A stretch of 64,000 nt of DNA, taken from NCBI RefSeq assembly GCF_964204645.1, contig NC_134032.1, forward strand, positions 6,870,275-6,934,274, in the 5' to 3' direction. Every line of letters begins with the position of its first letter. Position 1 is the stretch's first letter. The position numbers and the translations under genes were made by a program. Shown here piece by piece: positions 11,191-24,055 of the stretch. The notes below the pieces were generated by a model. That model was given only the letters and a program-made list of their open reading frames with translations. It had not been told where the DNA came from and searched no databases. Source of the stretch: Tubulanus polymorphus (lineage: Eukaryota; Animalia; Nemertea).

Positions 11191-14100
11191 TTCAGTCAAC
11201 TTCAACGAATTTTTCGTTGCATTTGAGAGTAAAATCTTATCTGTCTACAGACCAATTCTCCAAGAATGTTGTCAAGTAATCTGAAAACTATACGTGCGCT
11301 GTATGCGAAGCGTCAAATTAGTGTAGATCACAGCTATCACCGTGAAATAGCACCACCAAGAAGCCCAACAAGAAGACCAGGTTCAGGTAATGTGGTATCA
11401 CTAGATTACCTGATTGATCACGGCTATTGCAAAAAAGTAACGGGTTCAGGCACCATCGGCATCGCTGTTGAAAAACAATTGCCACGAAATCCTAATAAGG
11501 ATCCTAATTCTATCGTCAAACTCCCAATGAAAAGAACGTACGCCGAGGTTGTTAGAGGAAGATCCCTGCCCAGACCCAGTCATCTTCCAGAACTTGAAAC
11601 ACAAGCTGGTCCAACAGCATTGCCAGCTAAAGTAATCACCCAATTTCCTCGGCCTATGATTTCCTTAAATGAGCGAAATTATTGTATTACTAATGTTCCA
11701 GGTGATGGCAATTGTTTTTTCCATTGCCTAAGTATGGCACTTTTTGCAAATACTGAGTTCACTCAGACCTTAAGGCAATTTATTTGTCATCACATAGTAG
11801 ATAATTTTCCTATCTACAAGTCTGATGTCGTGGCAGACCATAACCTTCCTTCTGACTCCAAGGAATCATACACTTCTGCTATGATAAATGCTAATGGTTG
11901 GGCAACAAGCAGTGAGGTCAAAGCAGCTGCACATATTTTGATGACTGATATCACTACATGGGTGTATGGGAAGCACTTTCCTGTTAAGTATTTTTCTGGG
12001 GAAAATAACAGTTCCCAAATACATTTATTATTGAAAAATAGCCACTATACTCTATTAGAATCCAAAAAGGCAGACACATCTTTTTCAACTGAGGGACAGC
12101 AGTTGCCTAGGCCTACAGGTAATAAGTCAGTTACAGCACCAAAAAGAAAAGTATGTAACGAACCATCCCCTGTTTTTCACAAAAAATCAAAGCACGTGGT
12201 TACCTACAAAAAAACAAACAAAGTGGCTGATAGAAAAACTGCTCCAGCCACAAAACCCTACATATTTAGACAAGTGGGGGTATTCAATAAACACAAGGTG
12301 CCAAAAAAGCCCAACAAACAAATTCTGCAGTCCCTGACATTTCCATGCCTCAAATGGAAAAAACTGATTTCAACCAGGCATTAAAAAAAATACATGCCTT
12401 TGAATTGAAGGAAATGTCGTACCAATTTGATAAATGTAATGTTTGCCTGGAACGTCGCCTGGAAATGAAACTGGCGAAAAAAAATAGGTCCATGTGTCAC
12501 CGGTGCTTTGTGGACAAAGAGCGGGTAAAATTGTTCTCTCATGATAATCACATGGACCCATTGGAGGTTCCAAGTGAACTGAGCAATTTAACCTTAGTTG
12601 AGCAGCAATTGATCTGCAGAATTGCTCCGACTATCAATGTTCACTTGCTTAAACATGGAGGCATCGGTTCAAGTGGACATTGTGTAACCTTCCCACAGGA
12701 TATTGATGAACCTGCTCAAATCCTCCCAAAACTTCCCCATGAAATCAATATATTGAGAGTAAGAAGACAAGGTCGCAATGATACCACAAAAGAATTTAAT
12801 GTTCAACGAAAAAAAGTAGAAGCAGCACTTAACTGGCTAAAAAGAAATAATCCAGCATATGCCGACATCAAAATCTCTGCAGAGTGCCTCAATCAGTTAC
12901 CACAAAACGGGGAAATCGATATCCAAACGGTTGAGTACAATTCCGATGTACAACACATCAAAGATCAAGGTCCAGCTCCTGAGCAAATAAATCCAGGTGA
13001 AATTACTGATGGCGAAACAACATCCTCTGTAAATCTGCCGGACTCAGGAGTCGACATCCGCACAGAAGTAGAAAACATAGTTCGGAACATTGTTGGCGAT
13101 GATCATGGCCCAGTCACCGAAAGCAAACGTGGTGTTATAACCATTCCATGGCCCACACGTGACAGTTCTCCAATTCCAGAATTTACGACAAAATATTTTT
13201 TCACACTAGCCTTTCCTGTTTTATTTCCGTATGGCCTAGCTGATTTTTACATCAATCGTCCAAGAACTATATCATCACTTTCAGCATGGGCAGATCATCT
13301 ACTATGGTATCAAGACGGCCAGTTCATTCTTCACCAAAAGCTTGGAGACCCTCATCTCTCAGTTTCTGATCTGAAAAAACAAATTGAACAAGGTGACACT
13401 TCGATAACAAAGAAAATTGCTTACTACAGTTCAAATCTGAGGGGTACATCACAATATTGGGCCCAAAAAGCCAAGGAACTGAGAGCCTTGTCACAGTACC
13501 AAATAAACACTGGAAAAGGTCTACCATGCTTTTTTACTACAGGCAGCTGTGCAGAATATCATTTTAAGCCAGTTCGTCGCTTACTTAAAATGTATATTCA
13601 ACAAACAACTGGACAGGACCTTGACTTTGAAAATCGCAATAATTTATTTAAAGCATTACAAGAGAACTGTCACATTGTTGGACATTATTTTGATTTACGG
13701 ACCCAAAATTATTTCAAGCAGGTAATGGGACCCATCTTTGGAGTTGATACCTACTGGTATCGACAAGAATTTGCAAAATCTTGTGGGATGATTCACTGGC
13801 ACGGATTGTGCTGGCGAGCTGATCGACAGCCACACAACCTATTCCACGAGTCCATTGAAAATGGCCTGAGTGAATCAGAATGCGCTGAAGTTCTGTCTAA
13901 GTGGGCAGAAAGCACATTTAAAATGACGGCACTGCACCCTGGTGGAAAAGATATACATGGAAATCCACGCAAAGATTTATGGGCCCCACCAGAAGGAAAA
14001 GCTCCAGCCCCGCCTGTAGAAAAAAAAACCCCTAGTAAAATTATTAATGGATGCCAGTGACAGTCAAGAATCTATACTTGAAGATTACATCTTACTTTGC

Positions 14101-16986
14101 AATAGAGTCAATTTACATCGATGCACAGATTACTGTCGAAGAACCAAAACGAAAGTGTGCCGCATGCAATTTGGGTCCGAAAAACAGCCAGGAAAACCGG
14201 CAAGAGAAACAGCAGCAATTATTAAAGATCAAAATCAATCAATGCGTATAGAAATGTCACGTGACCATCCCTTCCTTGTTCAAAATTCCCAATACCATAC
14301 ACAAGCTTGGCGTGCAAATGGAGATATTTCGATCATTCTCTCCAAATCTGAGCCAGACAATCCCTCAGTAGAAGAGATAATTGCAACAGAAAAATATATT
14401 TGTGGGTATGCATGCAAAGGGAATGAAGGGACTGGTGCACTGGTTGATTTATTTAATGACACCATCAATGTGACAGATGAAACTGCAGTATCCACACGGT
14501 AACTAAAAAAAAATTGCTGATAGGTACAGTAAAAAGAGACATTTCAGCCATAGAAGCTTCATACGAGTTGTCATCGTTCCCGCTCTATAGATGCTCACAT
14601 CAATTTCAGTCAATGAGCATGATAGGATCAAGAGTTTTAGAAAGAAAAGGAATGACAGCTACGAAAAGTACGGCCCTTGATAAATATTTACAGAGGCACC
14701 AAAATGATACTTCATCATGGTACAATCATGTCTGCAAACAGGGAAAGGTACCAGTAGTCAGTGGAAACCAAACCCGTGCAACATGGCCCCTTACCGAAGA
14801 ATATTGCCGTACGATGCTTCTTTTACATTGGCCCAACTGGCGAAAAATTGAGGACATCAAATCATCTGATTCAAGTTGGGTTGAAACAATGGAAAACTTT
14901 TCTCTCTCTGCTGCATGCCCTAATTTTGTACTGGCAGATATCCAGAGAGCTAAAAACAAATCAACGCAGCCAGATAAACCCAGTGAACTTGAATCAGATG
15001 ATGGCTCAATCGATGAATCCAGCCAACAACAACCAGAATGGATGGATTTAGTACGACCAACCATTGATTACAATCCTGCCATGAATGAATTTCAATTCGA
15101 CGATGGCGGTCCAGAGCATGATTGGAGTTGGGCCAATCTGCAATATCCACTTGACTATGGATCGACGTGGGTAGAATCACTTGGCTGTGATAAAACTAAT
15201 ATAAACAATGAGTTAGAATTGCCGAATGTAGACTTTTCCACCCTAAACAGTGATCAACGGTTTGCGTTTAAACTGGTAATGCAAACTTTGAACAACTACA
15301 ACAATGGGTCTCAAGATTTTGAACCATTGCGCCTTATTGTAGCAGGTACAGCAGGCTGTGGGAAATCCTATTTAATTAATTGTATCGTCAGAGCAGCCCG
15401 TACATTTTTACATAAAAACGAAGCTGTCCAGGTAGTCTGCCCAACAGGTAATAGTGCCAATCTTATTGGAGGTGTTACTCTACATAGTTTCTTCAAAATT
15501 CCAATTAACGCTAGAGGCAGCAAAGAGATGACACCACCGCAAGGATTAACTGGCCAACAGCTACAATCCAATTGCGAACATCTATTAGTCCTTTTAGTTG
15601 ACGAAAGATCTTTCATAGGCTGCACAACTCTAGGATGGATGGAGTATTTTTGTTCCCATGGAGTCAACAACGGCAGAACATCAAATGAACCCGGGGGGGG
15701 GGATACCTGTCATTGTATTTTTAGGTGACGGCATTCAACTGCCGCCAGTTTGCGACAGTCCCGTATACCTATGCAAATCAACAATTCCTGCTGCAATGCA
15801 TGGCTCAATGGTTTGGAAGCAATTCAACACAGCCATTATACTTGAAAAAGTGATTCGCCAAAAAGCTGATCAGCAGCAGTTAATAAGTGTCCTTTCTGCT
15901 TTGCGCGAGTATAGACTTACCAGCAATCAAGCTTTATGGCTCAAAAAATTTCAATGGGGCAACCTAGAAAAAACAAACGGTTCAGATTTATTAAATCGAA
16001 TGACTAACAACGGCCTCTTTGTTTTTCCAACACATGACCTTGAATGCAGCCACAATATAAATGAATTGAAAAAATTAAATGCAAGTCATCCAGTTGCTTA
16101 AGTAGAAGCTGAAATGCAAGGACCCCACGCAAGCAAATGCAATGACGATAAATCCGGAGGTCTCAGTCGGTGCATCCACATATGTAATAATGCGAAAGTG
16201 ATGCTAACAACCAATCTTAATATGGATTATATAATGGGTCTACTGGAATTATTAAGGACATCATCTATCTAAGTGGAAGGAGTCCAATTGAATCACAACC
16301 AGATGTAGCCATGATTGACTTTCCAAAATATACAGGGCCTCCATTCATGAAGGATCATCCGACCATCATACCAATTGTGCCAATAACCAGAAAAGTGGAC
16401 TGCCACTGCTACAACTGCAAAAGGAAACGACTACTACTGAGACTCGGCTGGGGTACTACACTTCACCGTTGTCAAGGTATGACAATAAGGAACAACGAAA
16501 TGAATCGGTACATTGTAATTCATCCAGGCACTCGAAGTTTTGAAAGTCGAAATCCGGGTGCCTCATTTGTTGTTAAAGACAGCTGGAAGCATAACGGAAG
16601 ATCCTGGCATCCGCATGTGCTAGTTAATGAGGATAGGCTATGCCACAAAGTTAACACACCTACAACTTGTGCTAGGGACTTAGAAGTAAGGCGCATTGAA
16701 ACCCTTAGGGTACAAACTTGTGAAAAATACAAACAACTCAGAAATGAGGAAACATTCATTGAAATTTGCAGAAAAATTGCCCAGGAAAAAGAGAAATAAT
16801 CATCTATTAGCTAATTGTTAAATAGTTCCTCAGTTTTCTAAACATAAACAAAAGTGTCTTTGAATTTTGATCTCTTACTATTGTATACTGTTATTACTAT
16901 TGTTTCAGTCTGTGAATACTTTGAACAAATGTTTATCTAATGATTATACATAGGTTACACATAGTAGTAGCGCGCACACGTGCTAG
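11190..16986 (+). mobile_element. Autonomous-type Helitron, decayed (5' end approximate)
   Basis: OTU-Rep-helicase coding region; 3' hairpin TAGCGCG-caca-CGTGCTA (16968-16985) ending in CTAG|T at 16983-16987. Confidence 0.85.
11266..16799 (+). pseudogene. Helitron RepHel polyprotein (OTU protease, DUF6570-like region, HUH Rep, PIF1 helicase), disrupted
   Basis: OTU VPGDGNCFFHCL...NSHY; LTLVEQQLI; AFPVLFPYG; Rep EFAKSCGMIHWHGL and KYICGYACK; helicase GTAGCGKS, VDERSF, GDGIQLPPV, IRQ, TLHRCQGMT. At least five frameshifts or stops. Confidence 0.93.
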
Positions 16987-17125
16987 TGTTAATTGTAATA
17001 GATAACATCATGAATAGCGCCACTGCACAGGTATACGTGAACTATACGCACGAAGTGAAGGATAAATAAACGACTAAATTACGGCTAATAAGATATTCTT
17101 ATTCAATCAGACAGACCTTAGGTTG

Positions 17126-17272
<147 letters not shown>

Positions 17273-17328
17273 TAAATTTCTTCTCATTAAGGAATTGCGG
17301 AAAGCACAATTTTGAATGCATTTGCCAA

Positions 17329-19845
17329 CCCTAGAGTTTTTCCAAAATTTTGGCCCTGTAGCAAATTTGCTACGAAAAAACGCACAAAATTTCACTGTTT
17401 GATTTTGTCTCATTTAATCATTCATTCACAGTAGTATAACACTCTATGCCTTGTGCCATGCAAGAAAACAATTTTTTTTGCTGGTTAAACAAAGATAAAC
17501 ATCACATTTCATGCAACGCAAGTGCGTGAAAATTTTTTGAGATGCGCATAATTTGCATCGCGAGCGTTTTTCCATGTGAAATGGAAAGTGATCTTTACAA
17601 TCATATCTGATGTCATCAGTGACCACCTGATTTGCCACTCTATTACGTTTAGCTGGGGGCTGAACTGCCAGTATCTGGACTTCTTCCAGCGAAGGACGCC
17701 CTCTCCTACCCACTGTGCTATTGGCCCTCATAAGGGAAGCTGCACACAGTGACTGAAACATTTGTAATTGCATGACGTCTTTTTTTGGGGTTCCAATTTC
17801 TTTGCTATATCTAATATATACACGCCATGCATTTACTAATGCAACAGTCACTGTGTGCCAAAATACATACATATACCACCTTCTAGACCGGAGAGGATAC
17901 TTGTACTTGTTTGAACACATGTTGAGGAGGTCTATGCCTCCCATGAATTTGTTGTATTCTTTTACAATCTGGGGCATGGGATATTTGTTATATTGTTTGT
18001 CCTTTTTACTGTATCTCTGACACTCCTCTATGGGTTCCACACCAACATATGAAGATATAAGGCTGACTACTTTGTTGTCAAACCATCTGAGACACAGAAC
18101 CCCTGTTTTTTCTTCGGTCTTATAGTCATAACTACCGCGTTCTTTTTTCTTCATTTCTTTGTCCGTTGGCAATACACAGTTTTTAACCCTATCCATTCGC
18201 ACAGTTCCCAAATAACAAATCTTTCTTCTTTTCAATGTCTCTGCTAATCTAACCGAAGAAAAATAATTATCCCCAAATACTTTGAAGTTTTGATCATCGG
18301 GCAGTGATCTGGACAGGTCATCAACAACAGCTGCGGATCTCCCTAGCAGGGGCGCTTTTTCTCCCTCCTTCAACGGTTGGTAGAAATCGAAATCGTACAT
18401 GTACCCATCTACGCCTGCCCTGCCCCACAATTTGAACCCCCATTTGTGGGGTTTTTTGGGCATGTAGACTCTAAGTGACGAACGTCCCTTGAAAGGAACG
18501 ATTATTTCATCCACAGACTGATGCTCGGTCGGTGGAATCAATAGGAATCGAGAACGTAATCCGGTAAACCACGGACGTAATTTCCACAGCCTATCCCGTT
18601 TTGTTTCTGCCGAGGCGGTATTGTTATCAGTAAAATGTATATGTTTCATGTAACTTAGAAATCGGTCTCTCGGCATCACATCTGCAACTTTTTGGTATCT
18701 TATCTCATTCTGCCAGTAACTTCTAATATTAGGCATCTTTGCCAGTCCCATGTACATGTACATGCCCAAAACCTGTTCTATCTCTTTGGCAGTAGCATTG
18801 AACGAACGTCCACGCTGTTCTACATGATATTTGTTAGTTTCTTCCGCAACCGTATTCAACAACTCGTCCGTTACAAAATATTTGAAGAGAGTATATGGAG
18901 AAATACCACCGCTCGACGTCTGTGGTAATGGTGGCAAGTTTGTGTCACGCGTAAATTGGACATCAACATTATCCAGATTTTTATGGACCCATTTGTAATT
19001 ATCAGGACTAGTGAGGCCTGCATAATTGGCGAGAGGCTCGTCGTCTTCTGAGTCCCATTCACTATTATCATCGTCACCGACACCATCATCGCGGGGCACA
19101 GGCTGATCATCTAATTCTGCGACATAATCATCTTCTTCATCTGATTCTGATGCTAATTCTTCCACCTCTGATTCATTAGAGTCCTCCACGAGGTTGATGA
19201 CATCAGAGAGAGTGAAGCGACGTGGGCGTGACTGAGCCATGATGACTGATGGTGGTATGAACCTGAAAATATATATATGGAAAATTCTAAATATACTAAT
19301 ATATAACATCCTATAACATCAGCTAAATGGGTGTCAAGGAGCTGCCAACAGTGTATAGACACAGAAGGGTGTAAATAATTGATCAATAAGATAAGTAGTG
19401 ACAACATGCCATTACATGAAAATTACAGTATTTCACGGAAATACACTAAGCACAACCTATAGTAGCGTATTTGCTACTATAAACTAATTGACGACTCAAC
19501 ACATTATGAATTGATTTTATTAGCAAAACACACATTCTACTTATTCTCTATATTTTATTTCATAAGATAAATTAAACAATTTTGATATAACTTACCTATT
19601 TCATGAAAAAAATTGCTTGAATTGTAAGAGGAAAAACCGGTTTTCACATTTTCAATGGGGGCTGCCATATTGGTTCAATAGTGTAAAACTGAACATCGAT
19701 GGCAGCACCGTCAAGTAGCTAAAAAGCTACTATCGGTATTAGAGAAAAAGAACAGATTAGACTCTAGTATCAATTATCAATTGTTTATATAATTAATTAG
19801 GGATAATTATCGAGTAGCTGATTTGCTACTATAGGCGCTCTAGGG
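17329..19845 (-). mobile_element. piggyBac DNA transposon
   Basis: CTCTAGGG|TTAA at 19838-19849 and CCCTAGAG at 17329-17336 (flanked by CCAA, not TTAA); subterminal GTAGC-N5-GCTAC palindromes near both ends; transposase ORF. Confidence 0.85.
17444..19240 (-). CDS. piggyBac transposase (PGBD3-like), intact 598 aa from MAQSRP
   Basis: SVDEIIVPFKGR, PKKPHKWG, GDNYFSS and YNKFMGGID catalytic aspartates; C-terminal Cys-rich RCKLC...CMKCDVYLC...NCFLAWH; no stops. Confidence 0.95.
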   Translation of the reverse strand: MAQSRPRRFTLSDVINLVEDSNESEVEELASESDEEDDYVAELDDQPVPRDDGVGDDDNSEWDSEDDEPLANYAGLTSPDNYKWVHKNLDNVDVQFTRDTNLPPLPQTSSGGISPYTLFKYFVTDELLNTVAEETNKYHVEQRGRSFNATAKEIEQVLGMYMYMGLAKMPNIRSYWQNEIRYQKVADVMPRDRFLSYMKHIHFTDNNTASAETKRDRLWKLRPWFTGLRSRFLLIPPTEHQSVDEIIVPFKGRSSLRVYMPKKPHKWGFKLWGRAGVDGYMYDFDFYQPLKEGEKAPLLGRSAAVVDDLSRSLPDDQNFKVFGDNYFSSVRLAETLKRRKICYLGTVRMDRVKNCVLPTDKEMKKKERGSYDYKTEEKTGVLCLRWFDNKVVSLISSYVGVEPIEECQRYSKKDKQYNKYPMPQIVKEYNKFMGGIDLLNMCSNKYKYPLRSRRWYMYVFWHTVTVALVNAWRVYIRYSKEIGTPKKDVMQLQMFQSLCAASLMRANSTVGRRGRPSLEEVQILAVQPPAKRNRVANQVVTDDIRYDCKDHFPFHMEKRSRCKLCASQKIFTHLRCMKCDVYLCLTSKKNCFLAWHKA

Positions 19846-20251
19846 TTAAGAAACAAAATCATAGATAGGAGTGGACTAGAGGCTTTTGTAATAGTATCTT
19901 TATTCGAGTGCCTGGATGAATTTGCGTGTGTCTATACTCAAAGAAAGGATCATAAAAGTTTTTATTAGCAATGATAATTAAGTATCCTCCTCCGTGACAG
20001 GTATTCGAACCTGATGGTAGCACAAGCTTCTGCTGCATTAGAGCCTTGTGAGGCTTTCGGATTCGAATCTCTACTAGGGAGGTTCAGGCTTTGATTGTCT
20101 CATATACTGTTTTAATTACCATACTTATTTTCTACAGTTAGAAATAATTTTACAATCGCATTACACAGGTAGTCAGTACAATGGCGGTTACCAGCATAGG
20201 TCATATGCAAGATTACGACCTTCTTGGTACGCCAAAATACAAATATTGAAC

Positions 20252-20549
20252 GAATCCGGGTCATAATACCTCCGCCCAAAATACCTCCAACCAAATATCC
20301 CACAACCAGAATACCCTCATATGTTTCCAAAATACCTCCAGGCCCTAGATCTAATGGGTTTATGCCTGAAGGACAAAAATTAGGAACCTATAAGTAATAT
20401 AATTTTTTAGAATTTGTCCCCCAACCCAAGTTTGAATTTACAGGGGTGGAGGTATTTTGGACACATATGAGGGTATTCTGGGTGGAGGGATTCTGGGTGT
20501 GGGATTTTGGACGGAGGTATTTTGGGCGGAGGTATTATGGGCGTATCCC
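20252..20549. mobile_element. Mutator-type MITE
   Basis: Long TIRs built from AATACCTCC repeats; perfect 9-bp TSD ATATTGAAC (20243-20251 and 20550-20558). Confidence 0.85.
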
Positions 20550-20870
20550 ATATTGAACAGTTTCAAGTTTCATAATGGCGTATACATTAGAATAAGTTTC
20601 ATGAAATAATTGACGAATAACCTACATCTCTTGTCTATTAAAAATGAATGTACAGGAAGGTTTTAAAGCAATTACATGGATTTCAAGATCGAGATATCAT
20701 ATTTTCTAGCTGTAGAAAATCTTTCTTTTCAGATGGAATTCATGGTTTCTATCTGCCGAATATACCCACATTTTCCTTTGTTGTGTAGGGAAATATACAC
20801 ATCTACAAATATACTATCATAACACTGAACAATATATTGTGAAATACTCTACAGCTTGTCCCACAAAATC

Positions 20871-21385
20871 AAAAGTATACCAAACTTAACTGTCCCTGGT
20901 TTATTACTGACAATCGTTTTGTGGACTTATGCATTCCAAATTGAAGGTATGACATTAATCATTGAATTTGCAATGAGCTAAATGTTAATTCCCTTGGGCA
21001 GCTGAGTATAGCTTTAAAGAAAAGCCGCAAATTTCTATTTCCTACATGTTTCAAATTCTACTATTCATACTTTACATGAAATGGTTTTTTTTTTCATTAT
21101 AAAAACTCTCCTAGTTTAGAATCCCCAACATGAAATCTAGCCGCTGTGGCAGCCATTCCTGCCTTGCTGACTTGAAATGGGTATGAATAGCAGAATTAAT
21201 ATTTAACATTTGAAGCAAGGGGAAATCAAAGGGTTTTCTTTAATGCCACGATACTCAGAAATCATGAAGGGAATTTAACAAACAATAGCTCATTTGAAAG
21301 ATAGATATTTTACCTTCAATCTGCAATGGATAAAACTACAAAAATGTATTATTAATGAAATCGGCTAAAGTTTGGTCTACTTTTT
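20871..21385. repeat. Old degenerate inverted-repeat (MITE-like) element
   Basis: AAAAGTATACCAAACTT...TTGAAGGTA is mirrored by TACCTTCAA...AAGTTTGGTCTACTTTT; many mismatches. Confidence 0.45.
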
Positions 21386-21614
21386 GCTTGTAATAGCATA
21401 TGCAACAAACTGTTTTGGAATATGATAGTATGAGTATTCAACAGATAGAAACAAACATGAATTCTTAGATTTTACTCATTACTTCTGAATGTAACTGCTG
21501 CTGATCAAAGCTTTACAACCTGTACCTATCAGCTCATTCAAAATTTATGCATCAGTGACGACACAAGTCTACTTAAAGTGCACCGGTGACACGTATAACA
21601 ACAATGATTAAATG

Positions 21615-22262
21615 AAAAGTATTAAATGGTGTATTTCTAAGAGAGTAATTGCAGGTATGGAATTAACCATTACAGATCCCGGATGTCGTACCAGTTATTC
21701 TGGTCGTCCTGGACGCCTGTTTTATTACCTCACAAAAATACACACAATTTAAACTTTCATTCTACTCATCAAAATCAATAGCTAGAAAGTATTAAATGAC
21801 ATATTTTAAAGGAGTAATTGCAGGTATGGAATTAACCATTACAGATCCCGGATGTCGTACCAGTTATTCTGGTCGTCCTGGACGCCTGTTTTATTACCTC
21901 ACAAAAATACACACAATTTAAACTTTCATTCTACTCATCAAAATCAATAGCTAGAAAGTATTAAATGACATATTTTAATGGAGTAATTGCAGGTATGGAA
22001 TTAACCATTACAGATCCCGGATGTCGTACCAGTTATTCTGGTCGTCCTGGACGCCTGTTTTATTACCTCACAAAAATACTCACAATTTAAACTTTCATTC
22101 TACTCATCAAAATCAATAGCTTGAAAGTATTAAATGACATATTTTAAGGGAGTAATTGCAGATATGGAATTAACCATTACAGATCCCGGATGTCGTACCA
22201 GTTATTCTGGTCGTCCTGGACGCCTGTTTTATTACTTCACAAAAATACACACAATTTAAACT
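21615..22262 (+). repeat. 169-bp tandem repeat, 4 copies, containing a ~70-bp conserved core
   Basis: GCAG(G/A)TATGG starts at 21651, 21820, 21989 and 22158. Confidence 0.95.
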
Positions 22263-22849
22263 ACTTTCACATAATTTACTAGTTAACTGATGGAAAATGC
22301 AGCATTAATCAAGTAAACATGCTCTTTCAGTCATTCAATAATGTCATAATAAGCTAGACCTCACTGCTCAACCCTTTTTATTTATCCCAAATAAGGAGAT
22401 GCGTACATGTTTATCCATTCAGGATACTTTTAACTTTATCACTGCAATTATCTATTATATCATTTTGGTACTGCTTTATTTACATTCGCGAATGTGAGCT
22501 TAAAGGTCGAATGTCCTCTAAAATATTTTGTAAGCGCTCCTTTTTGAAAGAAATTATAGCCTCTATACTGAAGTTATCTAAGTGGTACTGTTGCTACCAT
22601 CATAAGTGATGCAATCATCATAGGTCTATAATGTGTAGTACATTCAGTAGCCGTGAATATATTTAAAAAATGTAGTTTTTTATAGAATCTGAGATCAGTG
22701 TTGTTGAGGAAGATGATTTCATAATTTTGGGCTGTAGTCGCCTATATCTAAACTATGATCACTGTGTGTAGGTAGAACGCGTATTGTCAACTGATTTGAC
22801 AACCTATTGATTTTATCAGGCTGATTTCTAGAAAGCAGAGATGGCATTT

Positions 22850-23095
22850 GACCTTTAATGTTTAAACTGGCAATACTTCAAACTTCCTTAAAATGCTTAC
22901 ATCTGTGCACACACATGAAAAGTGAACATGATAGCCTGCTGCTGGGGCCTATACTAAGTGTGCTAAAATTACTGCACCTGCAATTGATGGTCATGGAATT
23001 GCAATCGAATAGCCTGTGGTGGACAAGCAAAACCCATTCACCATGCACTTGTCCAAAAATCAAATTTCTAAGGGCTGTTACCAACAATTGTATCA
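22850..23095 (-). pseudogene. Decayed G2E3-like HECT E3 ligase C-lobe remnant
   Basis: Manual minus-strand translation across frameshifts: LIF/FWTSAW*MGFACPPQAIRLQFHD...GPSSRLSCSLFMCVH..KHFKEV*SIASLNIKG, resembling the HECT consensus IF.TGA..PP.GF..P.I.F.H..P.A.TC..L..H..FKE..AI.N..G. Confidence 0.45.
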
Positions 23096-24055
23096 CTTCA
23101 ATTGCATAATTTTTTTCTGAAATATGAAGGTTTCAATTTGATTATGGTTGATTTGAAAAAAATGTTTCTTAGGAAGCGGCAGCAATTTCACTTATCTTTT
23201 TTCCACTATTTTCCCACATTTTCTATTTTCCCATATATCCACATGTGAACCGCAACCAGGATATGAACCTTAAAGAATGGTACTATATGATGATTAATCA
23301 AACTCTTTGAATCCGACCCTGAAAAAAAACTAACAATCAATATGTCATAAGTGAATGCAATAGCTGCCAAAGCTACATTTCCAGGGAGATTTCAACATTC
23401 TCTTTAGAGTAGAATGTGTTTTTTAGTCAGTGAATACAATAGCCGCTTTAGTGAACTTAGAAAAAAGTAAGGGATCAGTTGATCTTTCAAGGTCATCGAA
23501 TGTAGAATACATTCATGTTTCGAGTATTCTGTGCATTCATTTGGTAATTCACAGAAACTCCTTGAAGGCAGAATATTTGGTTATTTTTGGGAAAAGGATT
23601 CATCTTTTGTTGATAACAGTTCATAGGAAAAAGTAAATAACTTATCTGCTTGGATTCTTATGATCTAATGAATCTGATCTTGCATTTCTTGAAAATGAAT
23701 CTTGCCAGATTCCATCAATCCCGGCAACATTACACTCTTATTTTTTCCTCTATTATTTTCCTAAATGGAGACGTCACATTTCATCTGAAATTCAAACTTC
23801 CCAGTTACAATCAATTTCGTTTAATTTGAATAAAAGGTTTCCCTTAGGAATCGGCAGCAATTTCACTTATCTTTTTTCACCACTTTCCAAAATTTTGTAT
23901 ACATTTGCAATGAACCGCAACCAGGATCTGAACCTGAAAGAATGGTACTTTATGATGATTAATCAAACTCTTTGAATCCGACCCTGAAATAAAACTAACA
24001 ATCAATACCTCATAAGTGAATGCAATAGCTGCCAGAGCTACATTTCCAAGGATAA

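Noticed and set aside
21655-21675. 21-nt GT...AG segment in the repeat core as a micro-intron
   Set aside because: Far shorter than the other introns seen here, and no open frame supports it.
21615-22262. Possible CRISPR array (palindromic core with regular spacing)
   Set aside because: Spacers are near-identical, the period is 169 bp, there are no cas genes, and the context is eukaryotic.
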